A stretch of 64,000 nucleotides of DNA from positions 1,488,001 to 1,552,000 of the forward strand of contig LSRY02000019.1 in assembly GCA_001643675.2 (NCBI GenBank), in the 5' to 3' direction. Position 1 is the first letter of the stretch. The number at the start of each line of letters is the position of its first letter. Below the pieces are notes generated by a model. That model had not been told where the DNA came from. It ran no database searches and saw only the letters and a program-made list of their open reading frames with translations. Positions 42,781-56,050 of the stretch are shown one piece after another. The position numbers were made by a program, and so were the translations under genes. The stretch comes from Monocercomonoides exilis PA203 (Eukaryota > Protista > Preaxostyla).

Positions 42781-45700
42781 AATTGTTTCATTTTTTTAAT
42801 CTGTATTTTGCTTTTCAAATATTAATCTTATTTTGAAATTTTTTTGTTCATACTCATACGATGAATTGTAATGATGGTGGACCAATGGCTATGATTATGC
42901 AATTATCCTGATTAGTAAATAAAGGTTATTTGCTGAATGGTGCTGTTGCAAAGCAACTAATCAGATTCATGGGGTTTGCCAGAAACTTATTATAGAATTA
43001 TTTTTCACAATATTTTCTTTCTTCCTTTTTACGCCCACTTTTTCGCAAGTTCGTTTCATTATACAAAAATACGCAAATATATTCACTATCAGTTTTCGAT
43101 GGTATCCTCTTGTCTCTTCTTCTCTTCGTGTGATCAGCAAGTTCATCACCAACGGTGTCGAGTTCCACTTTGAATTTCTGCGCCGCAGCATTCTCCAGCT
43201 CATCCACTGCCTGCTGCACCCACCACGCCCTGAAAACAGTGGCAAGGCCTCTTCCATCCTTCTACGCTAACCAGCAAGTCGTTCAAGCTGTTTGCCAACT
43301 CACTCGACAAAGTGATGTTTAACGAGCTAGTAGAGTTGATGCACTCACCACAGGCGATTGTGCGGAACAACGCCTCGGAAATCGTCGAGGCGCTTGCTGA
43401 AGGAAGAGGGCTGGATGAAGAAGGAGATGGAGAGGAAAAACGAGAAGGATAAAGAAGCGAACAACGAACCAACAGTCATTAAGGAAGAGCTGCTGCGTCG
43501 TTTGCTGAGCTGGGGTGTTGTGTCGAATCTTGTTGGAATACTGGCTTCACCAACGGCGACTGACATAGCGAAAATAATAACTGCTGGTGCTTTGCTTAAT
43601 CTGTATGCACTTGTTGGGAAAAAGAGGAACAGGAGAAGATACGGAGGAGGAGGATGATGATGAGGATGAAGAAAAGGAGAGTGTAACGAAAGAGATGAAA
43701 AAGAAGAAGAAGAAGATTGGTGTTCATGTCCGTCTTCTCCTAGCACACAAGGTCATTCGCCCACTTTGTCTCGACTGCGTTCTTTCCTATCCTCACCTTT
43801 GCTGAATCCATTGATTGCCTCAGTACGAATTCTATGCCATACCGATCCCACCATTTCATGCTCCACCCACAGTCTGAAAAATATATGCATCTCCACCTCA
43901 GCAGAATGCAGCGCAAAACAGCCACAGCGGAACATAGTCCAATGAGAAGATAAGAACTGCAATATCTGAGTCACTAAGTGCACTCCTCAACAACAAGAAT
44001 GATTTTCTTCTTTCAGAATCGTATTTGAAAGAGGGTGAAATCAATTCCTCAACCATTTGCTCCTTCTCCTTCATTCCCTTACTCTTCTTCTTCTTCCCAG
44101 CCTCAACGTATTTCGCAATCTGAATTCTTGCTGATTGATAATTCTCACAGAACGGCCAATTAAAAAGAACTTCGATACGACTCAGGAGGTTCAATGAAGC
44201 ACTGCTAAACGACTCTGAGAGCGAGCATGGGAGAGAGCAGCGGGATCAGAAGGGAAAGGATAAAGAATTAAGGATGAGTCAATCTCCACAATGGAGGGAA
44301 GAACTGGGCATGCCATTGTTTAATTGCTGCTGATGCTGAGAGCTGAAGGAAGAGAAAGAGAAGATAGAAGGTTTGGAAGAAGAGCGGAAGGCCATCAATT
44401 TTGATCATCAAAGCGAGTAGCTTGTTTAGTGAAAGAAATAGTTGCCATAGGGAGAGATGAGAGCGATGATGAAGAGAGAGTGAAATGAGGGGGAAGCAAA
44501 AACGAAAGAAAAGGATGATCAAGAGAAAGAGGAAGATGATGATGAAAGAGGGAAAGAAATGGCATAAACAAAAAACGAATGATGGCTCAGGCGAATTCAA
44601 TGTTGATTTCTTCACAAAGCAACAAGAGCAGGAACTTAGGAAAAGCACGAAGTTAACGAAGGAAGAATTAAAAAATGTCGAGGAGAAATGAAAGGAAACG
44701 ATATGGTGTTGAGAAAGAAACTTCAACTGCATTTTCATAAAGAAAAAAAAGATAAGTAACGAAAATGATAAAATTGCTTTTACAAACTGCAGTTATTAAA
44801 ATAGTACAATCTTCGTTTGCTGAATCTGTTGAGTTGTTCAGCAGACACGGTAATTTTTTGATGAGGTTTCAGATTGATAAATGGAAAACACATTTCTTTT
44901 TCTTCGGATAAATGAAAAATTACACATTTGTTTCATTTTTTAAAGTTCTTTAAATATTTTTTCCCCTTTCATTGCTTTGTTTAACAGGTTAAGTATCTTT
45001 TTTTTTCTTTTTTTATGTGTTTTATTGGTTAACTTTATTAATTTTAGGTTCATTTTTATTGAACTTGATCAAAAAAATCTTTTTGCACTGAAATTATCAA
45101 AAAGGTATGATTTTTTTGCAATAACAATAAAACAAATATATATGACAGAAATAAAAGCTAAATACTTATGAAATATCAATTTTCCTCTTTGATCATCAAA
45201 TACCACAATAGTTTTTATTTTATCGATTTTTGATCTTTTTCTATGATTTCAAAAAAAATCACCCATATGTTTAAAAAATGGTTCGTTTTTGGATATTCGA
45301 TTTATTTGTCAAAACAAAATGTTAAGATATCAACGATTCCTGTTAATTAACATGAAAATCTTATTTTATATGAAATCTGAGCAAGTTTAATAAAGTGATG
45401 AGAAAAACAATTTTTTCATGCTTTGTGCATAAAAAGCTTGAAAGCTTGTATTTTCCCCCAATTTCTTTGCAGAATTTAGAAAAATATTTATTTTTATATG
45501 GGTCATTATTTTTGAAAGCATGTAAGCTCAATTAAAAATTTCGGTCATTTTTCATGTTTCGATAAATTGTTTAATTTTCAAAAATAACAACAATTAAAAA
45601 AAGATTTTATGTTAAAAATAGTTTTTTTATATTTTTTGAGTGAGCATTAGCTATTTTGAAACACAAAAGAATTTTTTTGCTCATTTCACAAAATAATCAT

Positions 45701-46999
45701 ATCATTCCATCATTTTAATTGACACTTCTGTTTAACTTAAGGTGATAATAATAATTTCGTGATAAAAATGAAAAGAGAAAAAACATTATCTAACGTTTTT
45801 TCATTAAAATTTCAGCAATTATTTTTCTGATCATGAAAAAACATTCGATATTGTTTAAGTGAAGAATTGATAGTCACTTTATATTCTAAAATAGCATTGA
45901 AGAAGCAGTTCGATGAAAAAATAATTGCTTGTTTTCAATATTAATTCAGTTTGTTCTTTGTTTTTTCACTTTTCAATATTTAATTTTTGCAAACCCAAAC
46001 ACTTGATCGTGAATTTTTCATAAGTTGTATCTGTGCAATATATGATGCTCTTATCAAATATTTGTTTTGTTTCAGAACATATTCTTCAGAAATGTGTTCA
46101 CAAACAAATTATTATTCAGCGAAAGCATTCATGCCATAAATTTCTTGGAATAACATAATTGTCTAAGGAACAATGTGCAATTTCTGTGATGCAAAAAACA
46201 TTTCTCTTTTTCTGAATTTCATCATTCGGAAAAAGGAAATAATTTGATAAAAAATCCAGTTTTCTTTTCACAGCTATTTCACGTTTTTGTCAGCCTATTA
46301 TATTATCCTTTCTTTTGATTTCTCATTTCGCAACAAACAATACATAAGTGTCTCATTCCATTGATATGATTTGCTTCAAGTTTTGGTGTGTGAAAATGAT
46401 TTCAAAACAGTTTGAAACTCTAAATGTTCCGATCAATTGATAAAAACAGTTTCTGATTATGTTTCACGATGGCATGGAATAATAAACTGCGTGAGTTCAA
46501 TAAGTTCATCATCACTTTGAAAATGAAGCAGAAGATTCAATGAAATTACCCAGAAGTTACAATACCGTTTCTGAATGTGAAGAATTTGGGAATGCGACAC
46601 AGATCTATAACAAAAAAAGCAATGAATCAATAAACAAAAATTATGATAATAAAAAAATTAAATATATAATTTTGAACATTCTAAATATTAATGAAGCAGA
46701 AAAAGCCCTTCTGAGAACGTATTTTCTTATATTCACATGCATACATCATATGTTTTTTTTCTTTTTTTAAAAACAATAAGAAATCACATTCTCATGATAG
46801 TTATTCTATTTTTGCATGAACAATATATCCAAAACTTTCGAAAAATACATATTTCAAAATTTTTTGGAATGAAATGAACACTAAAATAATTTAACATAAA
46901 TTTCGGCCGAAAAAGTTAATATAAAAACAAATCAAAAATATCAAATAATAAACTTTCATTTAATTTTGAATTGGTTTAAAATTGACTTATCAAGCGTTT

Positions 47000-47126
47000 G
47001 CCCTGGGAGGCTGATTCTGGACCCAAAGCCTTCAAGGGACTGTGCTGGACCGGTCACAGCACAGTCCCAGGACGGAATCAGCCTAGCCCCTTCATTTTCT
47101 GCACACAGCAAAAAAAATCCGGGGTA
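47000..47126 (-). ncRNA. Putative structured RNA directly 3' of the transposase stop, copy 2
   Basis: Stem AGGCUGAUUC/GAAUCAGCCU, internal hairpin GGGACUGUGCUG/CAGCACAGUCCC, possible pseudoknot GCUUUGGG/CCCAGGGC. Shares CAGCCUCCCAGG with copy 1. Confidence 0.6.
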
Positions 47127-47159
47127 CTTTAATTTTTCTGGTAAAATTTTCCAAAAAAA

Positions 47160-50100
47160 TTAAAGCTTGAGCAACAAACAACTTGAAAAGTTCATTTTCG
47201 AAACAAAGACAAAATTACTTGAAAGCAGAAAACAACAAATTAAAAAACTTTTGTAAAACAAATTCAATAAACTACAATGTTTTTTTCTTTCAGTGAACAA
47301 TTTTAACGTATTGCTTCCAATTAACTTAACTTGTGGAACAGACTCACGAATTGAAAATTGTTTTTTATTTTTTTCATCTCTCACCCTTTCCTCTTTAAAA
47401 TTCATCTTGACATCCCCTCTTGAATTCGATGGAGAAGCAACAGATCTGTAAATATTTTCATTTCGCTTTTCGTAAAATAAGAAGGTTTTCACTGCATCTG
47501 CCTTCAGCTTTTTCCAAAGAATTTTATTGGAAGCGTTGTACCTGAAAAAATATGTTATTAAAAAAATGAAAAAAGATCAACAATCATCAAAAGAAAAAAT
47601 AAAAAAATATAACAACCTTTAAAAAATACCTATATATATTTTTTTGTTCATTAACGTCAAAATCATTCAGTGAATGAGAGTTGTTGGTGATCTTATAGAA
47701 AAAATTAATTAGTTCATCTATATTATTTATCGAGATATCATTGTTCAATTCGTAATTTAGCAGACGTGTCAAACTCCCGAACTCCCCGTCACACTCACAT
47801 TTACCATGTTTTTCACAAAAAAATGATAAAGTGGTGGTTTTATTTTTAGCAAATGAAGAATTATTAGACAAAAGGAAATGTAGGAGTTGTGAATTGCGAA
47901 AGTGTGGCCCAGTGTCACACATGAAATGAAATGTGTTTTTTTGTTGAAGCATTGGCAATGAAAGAACGTTTTGCAAACACTCAATTGTGAATCGATAATC
48001 ATGAGTGAGAATCTTCGAAAAGAAATTGAAAACGTGTTTTGTTCTGTTGTTTTTATCGTCCAAAACATAAACAATTACACAAAAGTGAGATGCACTTTCT
48101 TTGGAATAGAAATCTTTGCTCAGTTGATTTCTCCGAAGTGGAAAAGTCCAGTTTTCTTTGAAGTCAAATAGAATTAATGCTTCGTTTGGAGTTAAGTTGT
48201 TCTTCAAAAATCTGAAGTGACTTTGTTGATGAGATGCAAGAAGTCGATGATCTTCAATAAGTTGCATTGTTTCATTTTCTTTTTCTGAAAGATCAGAATT
48301 CTTTGATTTGAGGTTGTCTCGTTTCTTTTGAAGAGAGGAATACATTTCGCATAAATGGCATAAATCTGTTCGACGCTTAGCCTGCTTAATATGTTTGGTT
48401 TTTTTATAGAAAGTGCTTTTGGTCATTTTTATATGGGTTTCTTTAAATTTTTCAAACAACTTGGCTTTTGTCACGTTTATTATTCGAGTTGGAGGTTTTT
48501 TCATTTGAAAATCAATCTGCTTTTGATGATTCTGTGTGAAGTTCTTTTTGATTGAGGAGTTTCTTCGTTTGATGCAATTTCTAGTTTCCGATGAAGATGT
48601 TGCATTATTAAAGAAAGTGCGTTGTTTTGAATGAATTGGCTGATGCAATGAAGTGGCTGAATATTGTTGAATTGATGAAGAAATTGAGTCATTTGCATGA
48701 GGAGTGTTGTTTGAAATGTTTGAAGAAATTGAAGTGAAACGGGATTGTGATGATATGAAATTTGTCGTTGATGATAGGCACAAAGAATTTGTTCTTTCAT
48801 CTTCACTGTTCTTCATGCTATTTGCTGCATGCTTCTCGAACGAATTAATTCTGATATCATCGTGATGATTTTGAGACAAGAAAATATCGCGTCCAATGTT
48901 AAATAAGTCGGGGGAGAATGGATTCTGAAGATTATTGTAGCGCTGTTTATTATTACGAACGTATACAAATAAAAATGGACGAGAACCACCATTTATTTGT
49001 CTATTTATTTCAGATTGCACATTTTGTCCAACCACCGAAATATTTTCATCGTTGCATAATAACCATTCATCATTCGACAAATGAACGTTGCCCTCTTTTT
49101 CATTCAAGCACAAAGAGAAAAAATGTCCAGATTCATTATTCCCTTGAAAGAACAATACAGAAATCAAACTGAAGTTACAAGCTCCTTCAACATGACAATC
49201 ACCACATTTCAATCCCTCCATTTCATTTGAAAATGACAAACAAAAAGGAACATTCAACTCGTTTTCTCTGTTGTTATTTTGAGGTTCAAGTGAAATGGCC
49301 AAAATATTTGGAAACTGAATGATATTTAAAATTGCCAAATGATTTGTATTGTGTTTGCATTTTTCGCAAAATGCATCTCTATTGTTATGATTTGATGTGC
49401 TAAATTGAAAAGATTTGTTAAATGATTTGATAATATCATCACCATTCAAACGAATAATTGGAGAGGTTTCTGAAAAACCGAATGAAAAACTGCCACAAAC
49501 TGAGCACTTTTTGGGGAAATTAATCTGAACACACATTTCTTTTGAAAGGTCTGGAGTTGTTTTTGATAAATCACTGAAGATGTTCATAAATGCCTCATAG
49601 AATTCTTGCTGATTTCCTCTAAAAAAACTGTGTTCATTTTCCCATTGTTTAACAAATGATAGTGTCCATTTTGATTTGATATTTGAGTTGAAACCACATT
49701 TACTGCTCTTGAAGGTCGAAACAAGTTGAATTAAGTTGTCAAAATATGAATTCTTTGATACATTTTTAACTTCGAAGTGATCAAAATATTGATATATTGA
49801 TCTGAACACTTGAATCAAAGAAGCCAAATAACAGGTATTACCAAAATTCTGTAAAGGATAACAGCTTGTGGGTGCTGAATTCTGGCCGATCGATGTGTCT
49901 TTTGATGTTTTTAGCCATTGATCACGATCATCACAATTTGACCCATATGTGCTTTTTATATCTTCGAATGATGAATGAGATAAATTTTCGTTGATGGATT
50001 CCATTTCTATGTCACTATCATAAACATCATATGAATTGTTTGAACAATCAAAGTTTGATGATCCAATGTTTAAAGCACCACCATTAAATGTTAAACCTTT

Positions 50101-51026
50101 GATTTGCTGATGTGATCTGCATTCGCAGTCAATCCATTGATCGATTCCTTGATGTGTGTTATTAAACGTGGGTGAATTAATATCATTTATTTCAATTTCA
50201 GGTGACCCAAAGTCCAAGTCAACAATTTGATCACTTTGAAAATAGTTTTTAAGAGGATCGATATCTTCCTCCATGCAATCATCTGAATTTAAAATTGAAA
50301 AATCATCATCTTCACAATCCATTGAGCCTTTTCCGAATTAGTTCGAAATTCAATTTGTTTCATATGAAAGAATAAAGCAAACATTCGTTTAACTGTACTG
50401 TCCGTCTCGAACCTTCCGAAGATTCAGTTGAGTTTTCTATTAGAAAATTCAAGAATTTTTCCTCGTCTGTTTTGCTGAGCTCTTGGTTTATCCATCAAAA
50501 TATATAGAAAAAAATGAACAATTTTATCATAAAATGAATCCAAACTTGATTTAGAGGGTGGAAGAGAAGGTTTATTTAGATATGGAATATCAAAAATTTC
50601 AGAAGAACTGTTTTGCTTTGCATGTTTATAACTTCCGATTGTGCAGTTAAATCCAAACATAAGAAGCTGCTGATAGCTGAATTCGTGGCATAAACATTTG
50701 AGAATTGAAACTTTTGAATGAACATTGAGTTCATTATTGTAAACAGATGCCAGCCTCATAACAACATATTTGTTTTTGTCTGTTGAAAGAGATTGAAAGA
50801 TTATTGTTCAAATAAAGAATACAGTAACAGAAAACGAAAAACCATTGAATATCTTCTGAATTTGAGGAAATAACTTTTTTCCTTTATTTGTATGTTGAAA
50901 CATGTATTCCATCAAAATAACAGGGTCTCCGTATGACTGTTCTTCCAAAAATTTCCATGATTTGCTGCACTTTTCACTTTTCCTGGAACTTGACAATTCA
51001 GAAAACACTTTTCCTTCCATGATCAT
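47160..51026 (-). CDS. USP (peptidase C19)-containing Sola-like DDD transposase, copy 2, apparently intact after splicing
   Basis: Exons near 50842-51026, 50545-50779, 50383-50481, 47617-50327 and 47160-47541. USP: PLQNFGNTCYLASLIQ, NQQEFYEAF, CSVC/CEKC, SGHFFS, WLLCND. Transposase: DLCHLCE...DFKENW...CDTGPHFRN...FFCEKHGKCECDGEFG. The last exon aligns to the copy-1 C-terminus. Confidence 0.82.
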
Positions 51027-52391
51027 CTTCCTATATTTCGTATTCGTTGGTCTTTAAAAAAAGAATCGATCTATTCATTATTTACAAAATGCTGAATGAC
51101 AGATGAAAATATAAAAGCTGATAAGTACTTTTTATGAATTTTTTGACTTTTTATTTCAGTTTTTCTAAGAAAGCTTTTATTTTTAAGTTTTTTCTTCCAA
51201 TGAATTATATGAAATGTTCTGATAACTTTGAAGGCATGTGATCAATATGATAAAATTGAACATATTAGAACATGTATTTAAAAAGAAAAGCAGAAGCATT
51301 TCGGTTCGTGCAGTTCAAATAAAGATGCATATGAAGAATTGTCCACATAATAAAGATCAGAAATAACAAATCATCAAAAATACAAGAACAGAGAAAAAAA
51401 TGTCATAAAAACAATTTGAATTGAGTCGTCTGTACAGCAAGGGAGGATGATTATGTTTTAATTTGTTAACTTAGCTACTGAAATCGGATTAAATTAATAT
51501 TTAAAGATGAATATGTTGAAAAAAGAATCAGAGGAAAAGGAAGAGGAAAAAGAAGGAGGAGGAAAAGTTAAATTGGAAGGTTTAATCTGGACAACTTCTG
51601 TTTGAACAACATGTTGTTAATTGCGAAGAATTGGTGAGGAAGAAAACGTGAAGAAATACGAAGAAGATGGATGATGAATCATTAGGCGATATTACCTTTT
51701 TTACTTCATCTGAACTCAGTTCAGGTGAAATTGCTTTCAAATCTTCATTCGATTCTCCTCCTCCTTCTTCTCCTTCTTCTCCTTCTTCTCCTTCTTCTCC
51801 TTCTTCTCCTTCTTCTCCTTCTTCTTCTCCTTCTCCTCCTCATCTTTTCTCTCCACAGGTTTCAACTTATTCTTCAAATGACTTCAACACTTCATAAAAA
51901 TCTCCGATGCGTTCTTCCACACACATTCAGAATGAAAATGGGGCAGTTGGGAAAGGGAGAGGGAAACATTGCAATGAATATGATAGAGAAGGAAGAGAAG
52001 GAGAAGGAGAAAGTGAAGGAGAGGAAGAGGAAGAGGAAGAAGAAGAATTTGATTTGTAAAGAAATGAACGGAGGATGAGTTGATTTTAGAAGAAAAAGAA
52101 GAAGAAGAAAGAGAAGAAGAAAATAGAAAGAAATTAACGAATAATTTTTGTGAATATGAAAATGTGTTGCAAAATAGAGAGAGAGAGAAAATTCTGGAGT
52201 CTACTAAGTTTTTTGTTATGTTCATTGAAGTTTTGCAATGCAAAACACACAACAACTTATGAATTTTCTTTGGTTGGCTCAAAATTTATATTTTTTCCTC
52301 TTATCTTTCTATTTATTTCCTTCCACTCCCCACCCCTTCCCTTTCTCACAATTTATTATTATTATTATTTTTTCATTAGTCTTTCTTTCTT

Positions 52392-52422
<31 letters not shown>

Positions 52423-53569
52423 TGTTTAAACGATTTCAACGATTATTCTCATTTCACTCAACATTCATCTTTCTTCTTTGTCATCTCCATCTCTTTATCT
52501 TCCATCTTTTTCTGCTATCTTTTTATTTTCTCTCTTTCTTTATATCTAATTTCATCATGCAATTATTATGTTAAGATATTTATAATTTATTTTTTCATTT
52601 TTCATCTTTTTCCCCCTTCTTCTTCTTCTTCTTCTTCTTCTTTTTCTTTTTCTTCTTCTTCTTTAACTTCTTCTTCAACTTCTTCTCCTTCTCCTTCTCT
52701 TTCAATTTCTCTTTCTCCTTCTCCTTCTTCTCATACTAACTTCGGACAAAGATGCGAAGCTACAAAGAGAACTGCATTACCTGAGCAGCCGTCGCCTCTG
52801 CGGGAGTGGTTTGTTCTTTTTTTGCAGGAGTGAAATGAATTCAAAAATAACCAAATTTCGTTACGAGTCTCTGCATCTTTGTATTCTTCCCCTTCTTCTC
52901 TCCATCCTGCCATGTCCCTCCTCTCCGACATCTTTCTCCCTCCTTCAACAAAAAAAGAAACATTGAAAATTGATGTTTTTTTGCTTCACTTTTTCCATCC
53001 TTCAAAATCTTGAAATTAAAAAAACAGAAAATAAGAAGATAATCTCAATCGGAAAAAGAAATAAGCGTTTGCAGACTTTGGGTGCTTGTGGCTTGAATGA
53101 CCACACTTTGTGCTTTTAGGCATTCGCCAAGCTCGCTTCACAGAAGAAAAAGGGGAAGAAGAAAAGACGACAACGATCGGCAGATTGAAGCAGACGAAAA
53201 GGGGATGCCGAGGAAGGAAGGGATGCTCATCTTTCTGTGCTTGAAGGAAATAGCTCTTCGGCCTGCGTGATTGGAAGGCATCAAATGCCAACGAGATTGC
53301 GGATGAGGAAGATAAACCCTGATGAAAACGAAGAGAATGAGTTGGCTGTGCTTCAACAGCGAAGAGGAGGAAGATGGATGGAAAGGTTGGCATTCATTCA
53401 TCGATGCTCACGATTCCGATGACAATGCTTTTGAAATGCATTCTCTGATGCTCAAGGCGCCAAATTCAATGGATCATGTGCAAACACAGAAACTGAGCGA
53501 AACAACAACTTTGTTGAAAAACACATGATGAAAACAAACAATCAAATTCTATTTCATTGGCTGTGGTGA

Positions 53570-54155
53570 CAAAGAAAGCAAACTTCGAATGATAATCTCC
53601 TCACTTGCTCAAAATGGCTGTCTCTTTGAAGAAAGAAATCCAAAAGCGTTTGGACTGAATGTTGTTCAATTGCCAACAAATATTCGATAATTGGATGTCT
53701 CGTAGTTGGCGTTTCTCCACTCTTTTGAAACAAAAGTGGAATCATAAATAGAATTTTGTTGCTTTCCATGTCTGACTGGCGCAGTCCGAGAAGCAGGAAA
53801 ACCTTATAAATAAAACCGATATTTTTGAGTTCTCCTTTTTTTCGTTGAATTCTTGCCTTTTTTTTTGCGATTGACATATATCTTTTGATATTGCCAGCCA
53901 CTTTCCTTGCCAAAAAACCGCTTCCCCTGCCTTATGCTCCCAAATGCTATATAATTTTGTGAAGATTTATCCTTCACTGAACTCCTTATTATCTTCATTC
54001 AATAAAACTTTAGTCGAATTTGTTTTCACCTCTTGCACCAAATAAAAAATTATGAAAATCATGTATCTTGCGTAACTTCATTTATTTCCCAATGTCTATA
54101 TAATAATCAGCTCCGTTCTCATCATATTGCTCCACAAAGCGGAGATTGGCCATTT
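53570..54155 (-). pseudogene. Second decayed copy of the 33215-33790 sequence
   Basis: Inverted, diverged homology to 33215-33790. Confidence 0.7.
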
Positions 54156-54759
54156 CAACAATAACTCACATTCCTGCACTTTGAAGAGGATACAGATAGA
54201 AATATCTTGACGATCAATAGAACAATAAAAATTGCATACATTATGTTTTTTGCGTTATTGATGAAATTGTTGTATTCCCCTTGGTCATCCAATTACCAAT
54301 AATCATCAGATAGAATTCCAAAAATATTGCATCTCCACCATTTCTTGTTATCTCCACAGGAAATAATATTTCTAGCCCTACAGGTAATGTTAAATCACGG
54401 ATTTCTCATTCTGTGAATGGATAATTCCGTTCTTTCAAATCTGATGATCATTGAATCCATTACAAATAAAGATTAATTATGAATCGTTATTTTATTTACA
54501 GTTGCTTTTTAAAAATGTCAGCAAAAGAAAGAATAGAATAAACACACATATTTTTCTATTGCTATTTTGTGATAAAATTTATGCAACTTTCTTCTATCCA
54601 AACATTTGTTCATTCAACGTGAATGACGAAATTTTTTGTGTTTTCCGAATGCAATCAGTTTTCGAAAATGCAGGAGATGGAAAGCTCAATAAAATTCAAT
54701 GGTATCCAATTTTTTATGGAATTCAATTCTTTATGATCCGTTTCTTTTCTCATTTTTAT

Positions 54760-56050
54760 TTTTGAAGAGTTGTTTTCTGAATAAGAGCGAAGCTTAGAAA
54801 TTGAACAGAAAAAATAATCGAAGGGATAAATTTGCAAATGGAAGAAATGAATGAAAAAGAATTTGGTTCTGAAGTCCCAACAGATCTGTTCAAAAAATTG
54901 ACAAAATGATCGAAAAAAAGAAACTGTCAATGGAAAATGTCATTGGGTTGTTGAAGCATATTGGATTTTGCGAAGTTCTTTTGTTCTTGTGGAGTTATGA
55001 CTTTAATAATTCTTTGCTGCGCAGAAAATTTAAAAAGATGATTATTTAAGAAGAAAAGAAAAAAGATGAAAAGAATGAAAAGCTTCTGACTGATCTTTGC
55101 GAGTGCTTTGTTTTGCTCAAGTGTGGAATTTCATTGGATTTGTAATCAATTTGTGTGCCTTATCTCCTGAAAATTGCCTTGAAGAAAAAAGAAAGCGAAG
55201 AAACTCAAATGGAAGTGGAAATGGCATTGCTGGCTTTGAGCTACATCAGATTTAATGAATAAACATTATTATTTCCTTTTTCTAAAAACTTTTTTTCTTC
55301 CTTTTTTGCATAGGAAATGAAAAGAGAACTGCGTTTAAAGCAAATCAAAGAAATGATCGAACATCATCAGAAAAATCAGAATATGACAAGGCTTGTCTAT
55401 CAATCAATTTGGCAATTTTTTATAGACAGATTGTACAAAGACAAAAGCTTGGAAAAAGTTATTGTGAACGAATTGCACTTTGCTAGAGAAGCAGCAAGAG
55501 AACTGGAAGAGCTAACAAAGTGCTTGAATTGGAAAAATAAATTTGAGAAAATGAGCAAAGAAGTGGCGAATGAAGAGCTAGTAATTCAGAGATGGATCAA
55601 AACACTTGAGATTTTAACCAGCAGTTGTCGATTGTGGAATGAAGAATACGTTGGACTTATCAACAGTCTTGTTCAGTTATTTCGAGCAGCAAAGGAAAAC
55701 CACAGGGGAATTTGCTACGGGTGCATTTTTTCCTTGAGAAATATGGCAGAAAGGAGAGTTGTCAAAAATGAAGACTTGGTGAACATAGGAGCTTTTGGTC
55801 TTTTTTTGGAGGGGATTCAGAGGCCAACATTGGATGATAGATTGACATATCAATTTTTGGTGATTTTCATGAATATTTCAATGCTGTGGAAAAGAAAGGA
55901 GAAAGATGAAATTGGAGAAGTGAAAAGAAAAACGAGCATGAGGAAAGTGTTTGAAAAGATGGAAGAAGAAGGACACAAGAATATTGTCACATGCTTTCAA
56001 GAAATATTTGATTTTTTCACAGAAAATTTAGTGATGATAATTTTTCTTTT
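54760..56050 (+). pseudogene. Disrupted member of a helical-repeat lineage-specific gene family (LCECFVLL...ICVPYLLKIALKK.ESEETQMEVEMALLALS)
   Basis: Family-like peptides with in-frame stops upstream (~55047, ~55143) and a 3' exon within ORF 55317-56627. Family identity is from recall, not a search. Confidence 0.55.

Noticed and set aside
37900-44740. Many short overlapping ORFs at 38-41 kb and 43-44.7 kb (similar ones at 51.6-53.5 kb)
   Set aside because: Low-complexity or decayed coding remnants with no assignable domain or intact frame.
47002-47014. GGGAGGCTGA match to Alu/7SL sequence
   Set aside because: Only ~10 nt, with no flanking Alu-domain sequence or fold. G-U pairs and the UUCG loop in copy 1 favour the opposite strand.
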